Positions 1 to 8,174 of a stretch of 30,117 nucleotides of DNA are shown piece after piece. Numbering within the stretch: the first letter of the stretch is position 1; each line of letters opens with the position of its first letter. The stretch lies in contig JBCBZT010000072.1 in assembly GCA_039815185.1 (NCBI GenBank), positions 1-30,117 on the forward strand, written 5' to 3'. Position numbers and translations under genes: made by a program. The stretch is from Cyanobacteria bacterium P01_A01_bin.123. GTDB lineage: Bacteria > Cyanobacteriota > Cyanobacteriia > Phormidesmidales > Phormidesmidaceae. The notes under the pieces are model-generated. The model saw nothing but the letters and a program-made list of their open reading frames with translations, was not told the DNA's origin and did not search any database.

Positions 1-136
1 ACCTGTGGATGAAAGCCCAGGGCTATAGTTGACAACTCAGGTTAGAGTTTGCTCCGTGATGCTGAACCGCCCTGTGCGGACCCGCTTGCAGGGTGGTGTG
101 GGAGGGGGGATTCGTGAGGATTCTCCCTATCCCGAT
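1..136 (+). mobile_element. 3' end of a group II intron, class IIC (attC-targeting type): IEP C-terminus, domain V and domain VI
   Basis: Domain V is ACCGCCCTGTGCG-GACC-CGC-TT-GCAGGGTGGT (66-97) with the class C CGC triad. The domain VI hairpin (100-133) has a bulged A at 129, and the intron ends CCCGAT at 136. The upstream frame reads LWMKAQGYS* (3-32), resembling IIC-attC intron-encoded protein ends. Confidence 0.9.
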
Positions 137-405
137 TATGCTTTTCTATTTTCTTGTTGCTCATTCTTTATTAAAACCACTATGGAATAAAGATACGTCT
201 TGCACCTTCGATAAATATTAAGACTGAGTGCGCTCTCAACCAGACTTTCAACATATCGCTTTCGATAGTCAGGATCGTTAAACTTAGATACAGGTTTAGT
301 TTTCAAAAAGACGCATGGAACCATGCTCCACTTGTCCAACCTGTTATTCGTCTCTTAAGTTTGCTTTTCGGATGAGAGGCGTTTACTTCTGCGGCTTGAG
401 CTTAA
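136..405 (-). pseudogene. Degraded or truncated integron cassette ORF of unknown function
   Basis: The ORF at 136-339 stops in GCATAA, the R'' box split by the intron. It has no good start and a probable frameshift upstream. A GTTRRRY core site (GTTAAGC, 400-406 minus) lies upstream. Confidence 0.4.
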
Positions 406-408
406 CGC

Positions 409-849
409 TTATTCTGCACAGACGAAGACTTTTTGGCGCTCGCATGCCGCCGTCCGGTGATGATAACACTCTCGGTAAGCCTCATTAGTATGAAGGGCAA
501 TCAATGCATCGAGATTGGGATATACCCCGACCGCAATCACATCCCAATCTTCGTTAGTACCAACAAATGATCCCTGATGCGAACCTACAACTAAGAATTT
601 TCCTCCCGCTTGTTCCATGGCTGGCAAGCTTACTGACGAATAGCGTGAAAATGCCTCTTCACCGGTCACCCCTTGCTCACCACTGCCATAAATCGCCATT
701 GGACGAATCTTGAAAAAGTTTACCAGTGTGATCGATTTATCCAATGGTCGTGTGAGTACACGCTTCCATTGTTCGGCTGTAGGACAGTTACCATTTTTAC
801 CATCTCCGTACCAAGCAGCAAATTTTACTGTGAATTTGTTGACATCCAT
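409..849 (-). CDS. DUF1330-family (dimeric alpha-beta barrel) protein
   Basis: Characteristic motifs TGEEAFSRY, AGGKFL, WDVIAVGVYP and YRECYHHRTAA; divergent from a TetR gene. Confidence 0.8.
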   Translation of the reverse strand: MDVNKFTVKFAAWYGDGKNGNCPTAEQWKRVLTRPLDKSITLVNFFKIRPMAIYGSGEQGVTGEEAFSRYSSVSLPAMEQAGGKFLVVGSHQGSFVGTNEDWDVIAVGVYPNLDALIALHTNEAYRECYHHRTAACERQKVFVCAE

Positions 850-865
850 TCACTAACCCACTTAC

Positions 866-905
866 TTTACACATGTAAAATAACCAAAGACTTTACACGT
901 GTCAA
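866..905. promoter_or_regulatory. Two palindromic TetR operator candidates
   Basis: TTTACACATGTAAA (866-879) and TTTACACGTGTCAA (892-905, overlapping the TetR GTG start) lie in the 49-bp divergent intergenic region. Confidence 0.65.
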
Positions 906-1531
906 GCAAGGCTAGATATAAACGAACGAGAGAGGAAATCCTGGATGCAGCATGGACACTAGTATCCGAAAAAGGGGCTGAAGTTTCTATCTCAGAAATT
1001 GCTAAAGCTGCTGGCATAAGTCGACAATCCGTTTATCTTCACTTTGGTACCCGGGGCGGACTGCTTGTGGCGCTTGTGCGACGCGCTGATGATCGTTTTG
1101 AAATCAAAGAGCGCTTATTTGCTTGTTTCGATATTGTCGATCCTAGAGAACGACTCCAGGAGTCCATTCGGGTCTGGATCGACTTTGTGATCAAAATCCA
1201 TCCTGTGGCGAAAGATCTTGTGCGTCTTAGAGAAACTGACCAGGATGCTGCGACAGCGTGGGAAGATCGCATGTCTGATCTTCGCGATTGGCTCACGATT
1301 CTCATACAATCTCTAAAATCTGATAACGAGCTTTCTGACGATTGGTCGATTAAAGAAGCCACTGAATACCTCTGGGCATCTTTTAGTGTACAGATGTGGA
1401 GTCTCCTTACTCTTGATTGCCAATGGTCTTTCGAGCGCACTGAAGTAACCTTAGTTCGGACTATTACCAAAACCTTATTGAAAGATTTGGCTACAGAGAT
1501 GACTCGAACCTCCTCGCCACACAGGGTATGA
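899..1531 (+). CDS. TetR/AcrR family transcriptional regulator
   Basis: N-terminal HTH: TREEILDAAWTLV...SISEIAKAAGISRQSVYLHFGTR. Confidence 0.93.
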   Translation: MSSKARYKRTREEILDAAWTLVSEKGAEVSISEIAKAAGISRQSVYLHFGTRGGLLVALVRRADDRFEIKERLFACFDIVDPRERLQESIRVWIDFVIKIHPVAKDLVRLRETDQDAATAWEDRMSDLRDWLTILIQSLKSDNELSDDWSIKEATEYLWASFSVQMWSLLTLDCQWSFERTEVTLVRTITKTLLKDLATEMTRTSSPHRV

Positions 1532-1638
1532 ACAACCACCAAAATTCTGTCAAACGCATCAAGGATAATCCAATCTCCAAACATTTGACTTACTAATGCA
1601 CTCTGTTATTGGAGTGCCATCATTGTCGGCTCCTAAGC

Positions 1639-1698
1639 CACCCGTAGAACAAGAGGATGTGGATCGTACGTGGGCAGGGCTATCGTTTTCTACGGGTG
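1639..1698. repeat. 11-bp perfect inverted repeat, possible MITE-like remnant or bidirectional terminator
   Basis: CACCCGTAGAA (1639-1649) and TTCTACGGGTG (1688-1698), flanked on both sides by AGC, between convergent genes. Confidence 0.35.
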
Positions 1699-1708
1699 AG
1701 CGAAGAGT

Positions 1709-2098
1709 TCAAACAGTCTCGGGTTTTGTGTTCTGTTTTTTTTCCTTGTCTTTAACCCACCAATCATGCAAGGCGAGAAAAACATCGTGCAGAGCGAGTG
1801 CGCGTTGTGTAGCGGAATACTCCACACGGGGCGGAACTTCTGGATAGACCTTACGCGATACCAAGCCGTCATGCTCAAGTGCTCGAAGCTGATTGGTGAG
1901 CATCGTTTGTGTGACCCCATCGATCTGCTTTCGCAGTTCGCCAAAGCGCTTGGTTCCCTGAAATATCAGAATTTGTAAGATGATGAGCTTCCACTTACCG
2001 CCAATTAGCTGGGCGATATCTGGCATGGGGCAAACGCCTTCTATCACGGGAATAGGAGGTTCTGAGACTTTTTCACTCGCCTTGCTTGGCACTGCCAT
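1709..2098 (-). CDS. HxlR-family winged-helix regulator
   Basis: CP...IGGKWKLIIL, RFGELRKQIDGVTQTMLTNQLRALE and VYPEVPPRVEYS; N-terminal redox-type Cys. Confidence 0.93.
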   Translation of the reverse strand: MAVPSKASEKVSEPPIPVIEGVCPMPDIAQLIGGKWKLIILQILIFQGTKRFGELRKQIDGVTQTMLTNQLRALEHDGLVSRKVYPEVPPRVEYSATQRALALHDVFLALHDWWVKDKEKKQNTKPETV

Positions 2099-2222
2099 AC
2101 TTACTCTATTTTTTAAACTTAGTATTAATTCTATTAGTATAAAAGATTAATCTGCCTACTTGAATTTAAATACTAAAAAGTTATGATTCTTCTAGCGATA
2201 AGAAATAAAACCAGGGAAATTC

Positions 2223-2531
2223 ATGGCATCAAGGGTTCACACTATCAACGGTTCCCCTAGGGGATGGCGCGTGCTGGTGAGTCTGACACCAAGAGATTGG
2301 ACTATGAGACGCACTATCTTCAAGGGGTCAAGCGTGAGCATGAAGCGCCTGAATTCTTGAAGACTAACCCTCGTGGCGCGGTTAATTCAGTGAGCGTTGG
2401 ATTACAAGGCTGCCATGATGTCACCCTTAGACTTTATAGATCTCGCCGATCGCTATTCCCGTCTCTTTGACTGGATGCAGAGGGTAGGCGCGCTGGAAGG
2501 TCTCGAAAGGATCCTGCCTTACCACTGCTAA
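2223..2531 (+). pseudogene. Glutathione S-transferase pseudogene (frameshift plus internal deletion)
   Basis: MASRVHTINGSPRGWRVLVSL, then a frameshift to KRLDYETHYL..REHEAPEFLKTNPRGAV (GST N-domain), then DLADRYSRLFDWMQRVGALEGLERILPYHC* (GST C-end). About 310 bp in total. Confidence 0.75.
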
Positions 2532-2578
2532 TCCATAGGGGTGGATTCATAAATTATTGAAGTAGGTGACCAAAAACA

Positions 2579-3364
2579 ATGAGAAACCATCTATTGGCCA
2601 ACAAAACAGCTGTCATCTTTGGCGCTGGAGGCAATCTAGGTCAGCAAGTCGTCAAAGCTTATGTAGAACAAGGTGCAAACGTTTTTGCCTCCAGCTTAAA
2701 TGTAGCTTCTGTATCCAAACTATCCGGTACCAAAGATGTGCAAAAAGTCGATACCTTGAATGAGGGCGAGGTACAGACCTATTTAGAGGCAATTGCCGCT
2801 GAGACCAGCACTTTGGATATTGTCACAAACCTGTCTGGATCAAATCCTGCTGAATACAATCACGGCAAGCCAGCCGTAGAAGTCTCTCTAGAACAATTTT
2901 TGCTTCCTCAGAAGACGGCTACTGCCAGTCAGTTTGTGACGGCCAAGGCTGCATATAAACACATGGCCCATCAAAAAAATGGCGTGATTATTTTTATTAC
3001 TTCAACCTTAGCGAAAGTTGGCTCTCCCTGGAGTCCAGCACTCACTGCATCACATGCAGCCACAGAAGGACTCTTAAAATCACTTGCCAATGAATGGGGA
3101 CCTGAAGGAATTCGGGTGCTTGGTGTGCGTTCGGAGGCAATGCCGGAGTCGCCAACCATAAACTATACATTCACTGAAATGGGTAAGAATCTAGGGTTAA
3201 CCCGAGTAGAGATGCAAGCTTTCATTGAACAGAATAAGACGGCACTGAAGAGACTGCCATCAGCCCAAGAGACAGCAGGTGTAATGGTTTTAGCAGCCTC
3301 TGACTTGGCAGCATATATGACTGGCACCGTTCTCAATCACTCTGGAGGACATGTTCTTGAATAG
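2579..3364 (+). CDS. Short-chain dehydrogenase/reductase (SDR), atypical active site
   Basis: AVIFGAGGNLG Rossmann motif and NEWGPEGIRV; YxxxK is replaced by LTASH. Confidence 0.88.
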   Translation: MRNHLLANKTAVIFGAGGNLGQQVVKAYVEQGANVFASSLNVASVSKLSGTKDVQKVDTLNEGEVQTYLEAIAAETSTLDIVTNLSGSNPAEYNHGKPAVEVSLEQFLLPQKTATASQFVTAKAAYKHMAHQKNGVIIFITSTLAKVGSPWSPALTASHAATEGLLKSLANEWGPEGIRVLGVRSEAMPESPTINYTFTEMGKNLGLTRVEMQAFIEQNKTALKRLPSAQETAGVMVLAASDLAAYMTGTVLNHSGGHVLE

Positions 3365-3375
3365 GTTGGTAATCA

Positions 3376-3564
3376 GCGGACCGTGAATGGATTTGGCAGT
3401 TTGTATTTCCTGCTGAGCGTTGCTCAAAAGATCCGCGTAGTGGCATTGTGCGTCGTCATCACCTTCATGAGAGTGGCTTGCAGCGAGCCATCAAACGAGC
3501 CGTCAGACAAGCTGGTGTGCAAAAGCGCGTGAGTTGTCATACGTTTCGCCATAGCTTTGCGACG
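3376..3564 (+). pseudogene. intI: Integron integrase fragment (C-terminal part, truncated before the catalytic Tyr)
   Basis: [63 protein letters not shown] contains the IntI-specific insertion (W.WQ.VFP...DPR.G..RRHH) and the HxxR box. Confidence 0.9.
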
Positions 3565-3634
3565 ATTCACTCTCGATGCCAGCGGACTTCGCCATCCGGT
3601 TGGTCGACCACTGCAATCCCCGCCGTTGCCAGCC
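3564..3634 (-). pseudogene. cysS: Remnant 3' end of a second cysS allele
   Basis: Translates to [21 protein letters not shown], versus [21 protein letters not shown] at the end of the intact cysS (4456-4521). Confidence 0.85.
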
Positions 3635-3647
3635 AAGGTCAGGTGCA

Positions 3648-4367
3648 TCAGGGTTTGCCGCCAACTGACGATGTCCGCTGTGTATACCAAGCATGCATAA
3701 AAAGCGTCTGCAAGAACAATACAGGGGGATCAAAATCACTTGATGCGATGATTGATGCGACTTCATGGGGTGGTAATACCGCAGCATCTCGACCGTGAGC
3801 AGTCAGAAATTTTTCAATATCCTCATCAGGATATTCTGCATACCTCAACATTCGAGTCCACATTTCACAAAGCTTTTGATAGGCTGGGGCGGACATATCA
3901 GAAGCCAAATCTGCACTCACTAAATACCCCTGAGGGCGAAGTCGTGAAGCAATTTGGCTGAAGAATTTTCGTCTCTCCTCCTGCTGCATAAAAAAGTGAG
4001 AAACCAGAAGGCAAGTCGCCGCATCGAAAGGGGCTGATGCCGGTAATGAATCAAGATAGCCTTCATGCCAGGTACAGCGCGATACAATCCCAGACTCTTC
4101 GGCTTTCTGGCGACAAACGTCAAGCATCGCACTCGCAGGCTCTACCGCTGTGAATTGCCATTGTGGAAATTCTTGAGCGAGATAAATCAACTCCAATCCA
4201 GTTCCGACTCCCACACAAAGAATTCTGGCGTCAGCCGGGAGATCAGAGAGTATCAGGCGAGTCAGCAGATGAAGCGTGTCACGCAATGGCGCTAACTTAG
4301 CTGCTCTTTCATCGTAAGTAGAAGCGCGTTCTTCGTTGAAGACAATCGCTGATTCTTGATTTTGCAT
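3648..4367 (-). CDS. Class I SAM-dependent methyltransferase (CmoA-like)
   Basis: Motif [21 protein letters not shown] and [12 protein letters not shown]. Confidence 0.9.
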   Translation of the reverse strand: MQNQESAIVFNEERASTYDERAAKLAPLRDTLHLLTRLILSDLPADARILCVGVGTGLELIYLAQEFPQWQFTAVEPASAMLDVCRQKAEESGIVSRCTWHEGYLDSLPASAPFDAATCLLVSHFFMQQEERRKFFSQIASRLRPQGYLVSADLASDMSAPAYQKLCEMWTRMLRYAEYPDEDIEKFLTAHGRDAAVLPPHEVASIIASSDFDPPVLFLQTLFMHAWYTQRTSSVGGKP

Positions 4368-4455
4368 GGGTGATGTGAATAATGACGTCGTCTAACTTTT
4401 CACAATTGGAGTCTGTGCAGCTATCTAAACTGTATCAACCGTTCCATCCATTGAT

Positions 4456-5934
4456 TCACTGCCGATGCCAGCGGACTTCGCCATCCGGTTGATCAACCAC
4501 CGCAATCCCTACTGTCGCCAACCGATCGCGAATATCATCTGCCGTTGCAAAGTCGCGCTGTTGTCGGGCCGTCTGGCGCTGCTGGATCAGGTCAGCGATC
4601 GCAGCTTCATCCAAATCACCCGCCGCTACATCAGTATCACTGTCCGCCTTGGCCTCTAACCCCAATACCTGGGCCAAGTGCGACAATGTTTGCCACTGCT
4701 GCCAGAGCCGATCAGGGCTGGACTGGGGCTTACCTTCATGAACCAGACGGTTGCCCTCTCGCTGCAGCCCTTTGGCAAGCTCAAACAGCACTGCCAGAGC
4801 ACCCGGCGTGTTCAGGTCATCATCCATGGCCGTTTGGAATCGTTCGACCCATGAGTTGTCCGGGCTGAGTTCCTGAGGAGAAGATTGACTGATGGATGGC
4901 CATCCCAACGTGATTCCATGGTGGTCGCTAAAGTGGAGTCCGGCTTTTAGTGTTTGCCAACTGTTAACCGCCGCTGCGATCGCAGCTTGCGTAAAATCCA
5001 GCGGCTTCCGATAATGCCCCTGTAGCACAAACAGCCGTACCGCCATCGGATCTACCGGCTGCGGATACCCTGTCCAACGACCCTCCAACAGGTCACGGAT
5101 CGCGGTGAAATTGCCCAGAGATTTCGACATCTTTTCACCATTCACCGTCACCATGCCGTTGTGCAGCCAGTAACGGGCCAGGGGCTTGCCATTGGCCGCC
5201 TGGGACTGGGCGATTTCATTTTCGTGGTGGGGAAACACGAGGTCGCCGCCGCCACCGTGGATATCGATAGTAGCCCCTAGCCGGGCTCGAATCATCGCCG
5301 AACATTCGATATGCCAGCCCGGTCGTCCCGGCCCCCAGGGAGAATCCCACGCCGGTTCGTCGGGTTTTGCTCCCTTCCAGAGGGCAAAGTCAGCCGGGTT
5401 GGTCTTGGCGGTGGCAACCAGATCGCGACCACTCGCGCCGGCCTGCATTGTTGCCAGCGATCGCCCCGAAAGCTGGCCATAGTCGGCAAACTGCTCCACT
5501 CGATAATACACATCGCCCCCAGCCGCATAGGCATAGCCCTTGGCCTCTAGCTGGCTAATCAACTCATGAACCGCCCCAATATGCTCCGTCACTTTGGGAT
5601 ACTCATCGGCATCCATCACATTCAGGCGGTGCATATCCTCAAAGTAGCGCTGGATGTAGCGCTCCGAGACAGCCGCCATGGTTGTGCCTGTGTCTCTGGC
5701 CCGGTTGAGAATTTTGTCGTCAATGTCGGTGAAGTTTTGCACATAATGAACCGCATACCCCCGCCAGCGCAGGTAGCGCCGCAGCACATCCCACCCCAGG
5801 TATGACCGGGCATGACCCAAGTGGCAGTCATCGTAGACCGTCACCCCGCAGCAATACATCGTCACCCGTCCCGGATGGATGGGCGTAAAGGTTTGTTTAT
5901 GTTTGGTGAGGGTGTTGTAGAGGGTGAGGGGCAT
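4456..5934 (-). CDS. cysS: Cysteinyl-tRNA synthetase (likely Zur-regulated paralog)
   Basis: HLGH and KMSKS class I motifs, CGVTVYD, GRPGWHIECSAM and FPHHENE; Zn ligands retained. Confidence 0.97.
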   Translation of the reverse strand: MPLTLYNTLTKHKQTFTPIHPGRVTMYCCGVTVYDDCHLGHARSYLGWDVLRRYLRWRGYAVHYVQNFTDIDDKILNRARDTGTTMAAVSERYIQRYFEDMHRLNVMDADEYPKVTEHIGAVHELISQLEAKGYAYAAGGDVYYRVEQFADYGQLSGRSLATMQAGASGRDLVATAKTNPADFALWKGAKPDEPAWDSPWGPGRPGWHIECSAMIRARLGATIDIHGGGGDLVFPHHENEIAQSQAANGKPLARYWLHNGMVTVNGEKMSKSLGNFTAIRDLLEGRWTGYPQPVDPMAVRLFVLQGHYRKPLDFTQAAIAAAVNSWQTLKAGLHFSDHHGITLGWPSISQSSPQELSPDNSWVERFQTAMDDDLNTPGALAVLFELAKGLQREGNRLVHEGKPQSSPDRLWQQWQTLSHLAQVLGLEAKADSDTDVAAGDLDEAAIADLIQQRQTARQQRDFATADDIRDRLATVGIAVVDQPDGEVRWHRQ

Positions 5935-6045
5935 GGGAAGGTGGATGGGTGGAGGGCGTCGGGTACTTGCTATTGGGTATCGGCGGTGGGGATTGTGTCC
6001 TGAGATGGGTTGTCAAGTGTAAAGCCAAACCTGAAACCTCAAACT

Positions 6046-7143
6046 CTACTCTCCCTCAGCTACACACTTTGTCAGTTTTGCTTCTAGCACTCCGAGGTCT
6101 AAGTTGCGACCAATGCAGACTAGTTGACTGCTCGGTGGCCCTTGCCATTCAGAGGTTTCAAGTTGAAACCGCTTGCCCGTGAGTTGGAAAAAGTGACGGG
6201 CAGGACTTTCGTTAAACCAGAGAATCCCCTTCATGCGGAATAGTTCGGCTGGCAGGTGAAAGTCGAGGAACTGCTGAAACTTTTTGAGGGAGAAGGGTTG
6301 ATCGGAGCGAAACGCCATCGAAATGAAGCCATCGTTGTCCAGGTGATCGGAGTGATGGTGATGGTGTTCGTGGGGATGGTCGTGGTCATGGTGATGACCG
6401 TGGTGGTCGTGGGCCTCGTGATGGTGGTGACCGTGGTCGTGAGCCTCATGATCATGATGATCGTGCTCATGGTCGTGCGTAGCTTTTTCGGCATCGGCCT
6501 GAGCTACCTTTTGATACAGACCGCGATCGCCCACCTTCACATCAATGATCAGCGGCAGGGGTACCTGACCATGCTGAGCGTGGAGAATTTTGGCATCTTC
6601 TCGGTAATTGCGAATACCCGCTTCTACGGCGTCAAGGCGTTCTGGCGAAACTAAATCGGTTTTATTCAGCAGCATAATATCGCCATAGGCCACTTGGCTC
6701 ATCGCCGCCTGGCTGTTGAACAAGTCGGGTTCAAAGGTTTCGGCATCAATCACGGTCAGGATGGAATCGAGCCGGGTCATATCCCGCAGCTCAGTACCCA
6801 GGAAGGTGAGGGTAATGGGCAGGGGGTCGGCAACTCCAGTGGTTTCGACCACCAGGTAGTCAATCCGTTCGCGTTTCTCCAGCACCCGATGCACCGCCTG
6901 CATCAGATCATCGTTGATGGTGCAGCAGATACAGCCATTGGTCAGTTCCACCATATCCTGTTCAACGGTGACCAGAAATTGACTGTCAATGTTGATGTCA
7001 CCAAATTCGTTCACCAGCACCGCGACGCGAAAGGCATCGAAATTTTTCAGGATGTGGTTCAGCAGCGTGGTTTTACCACTGCCGAGGAAACCCGTGATGA
7101 TGGTGACGGGGAGGCGGGTATCGGGAATATCGGTGGTTGTCAT
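6046..7143 (-). CDS. COG0523/CobW-family G3E GTPase (Zn metallochaperone) with His-rich insert
   Basis: GFLGSGKTT, NEFG, GCICC, ETTG and NKTD motifs; long His tract before the CobW_C domain. Confidence 0.95.
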   Translation of the reverse strand: MTTTDIPDTRLPVTIITGFLGSGKTTLLNHILKNFDAFRVAVLVNEFGDINIDSQFLVTVEQDMVELTNGCICCTINDDLMQAVHRVLEKRERIDYLVVETTGVADPLPITLTFLGTELRDMTRLDSILTVIDAETFEPDLFNSQAAMSQVAYGDIMLLNKTDLVSPERLDAVEAGIRNYREDAKILHAQHGQVPLPLIIDVKVGDRGLYQKVAQADAEKATHDHEHDHHDHEAHDHGHHHHEAHDHHGHHHDHDHPHEHHHHHSDHLDNDGFISMAFRSDQPFSLKKFQQFLDFHLPAELFRMKGILWFNESPARHFFQLTGKRFQLETSEWQGPPSSQLVCIGRNLDLGVLEAKLTKCVAEGE

Positions 7144-7400
7144 GGGAGGAGTGGGGGAGTGGATGGGTAGGGGAGTGGATAGGTAGGGGAGTGGGGGAGT
7201 GGATGGGTGGGGAGTGGGGGAGATGGGGAGTTAGGCTTGTCGGTATTAGGTATTAGGTTTTGGGTTCCAGGTTCTCGATTTCAGGGTTCTGGGTTCTGGA
7301 CTCTGGGTTGTGTATTTCACCTAGTCCCTAATCCCTATTCCCTATTCCCTATTCCCTCAGACCTAGCACCTAATGCCCCATCTCCCCATCACCTCTTCCC
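7143..7400. repeat. Cyanobacterial short tandem repeats (7-8 nt, STRR-like)
   Basis: Runs of GGGGAGTG/GGATGGGT/GGATAGGT, GGTATTA/GGTTCTG and CCCTATT; outer inverted pair GGGGAGATGGGG / CCCCATCTCCCC. Confidence 0.75.
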
Positions 7401-7401
7401 C

Positions 7402-8040
7402 TTAATGGAAACTCGGACGATGACGAATCAAGCTCATGAACTCTTGGCGGGTTTTGGAGTCTTCGGCAAAGACGCCGCGCATGGCGCTGGTAGTTGTCCA
7501 GGAGCCGGGCTTTTGGACGCCACGCATGACCATGCACATATGGCTCGCTTCGACGACGACGGCAACACCCTGGGGTTTTAGTAAGCCTTCTACGGCATCG
7601 GCAATTTGGGCGGTGAGTCGTTCTTGAACTTGCAGACGACGGGCATACATTTCGCAGATGCGGGCAATTTTGGATAGACCAATCACCTTGCCGTTGGGGA
7701 TGTAGGCGACATGGGCGCGGCCCAGGATGGGTAAGATGTGGTGCTCGCAGGAGCTGAATAGGTCAATATCCCGCACGAGCACCATTTCGTTAGTGTTTTC
7801 GTGGAAGACGGCCCCATTGAGCAACTCATCCAGGGATTGGTGATAGCCGGAAGTGAGAAACTTCAGCGCTTTGACGACGCGCTTGGGGGTGTCAATCAGC
7901 CCTTCTCGGTCAGGATCTTCCCCTAGACCCAGCAGCAGCGTGCGGACAGCTTGCTCCATCTCTTGATCGGAGACGGGAGGTTCGGCTTTGGTTTTGGGAA
8001 GACCCGAGCGGAACTCGTCACGCGAAATCGATAAAGTCAT
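7402..8040 (-). CDS. folE: GTP cyclohydrolase I (type IA, Zn-dependent)
   Basis: [43 protein letters not shown] and HMCMVMRGV. Confidence 0.97.
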   Translation of the reverse strand: MTLSISRDEFRSGLPKTKAEPPVSDQEMEQAVRTLLLGLGEDPDREGLIDTPKRVVKALKFLTSGYHQSLDELLNGAVFHENTNEMVLVRDIDLFSSCEHHILPILGRAHVAYIPNGKVIGLSKIARICEMYARRLQVQERLTAQIADAVEGLLKPQGVAVVVEASHMCMVMRGVQKPGSWTTTSAMRGVFAEDSKTRQEFMSLIRHRPSFH

Positions 8041-8174
8041 AGATAATTCCTAACTACGGTAGAAAGGGGGGAAACGGAAGCTTCCCCCGATATGGAACGC
8101 GCCTCTAGGGCACAGACATTGGGCAACTCCGGCCTAGCCGAGAGATAGCCCAAGCAGCGTTTGGCCATTTCTCG

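Noticed and set aside
3448..3798. 116-aa ORF as a functional integrase
   Set aside because: Only the first 39 or so codons are IntI; the rest reads antisense through the cysS remnant and methyltransferase, and the catalytic Tyr region is missing.
4456..5934. Zn-independent CysRS paralog
   Set aside because: The Cys, Cys, His and Glu Zn ligands all appear to be present.
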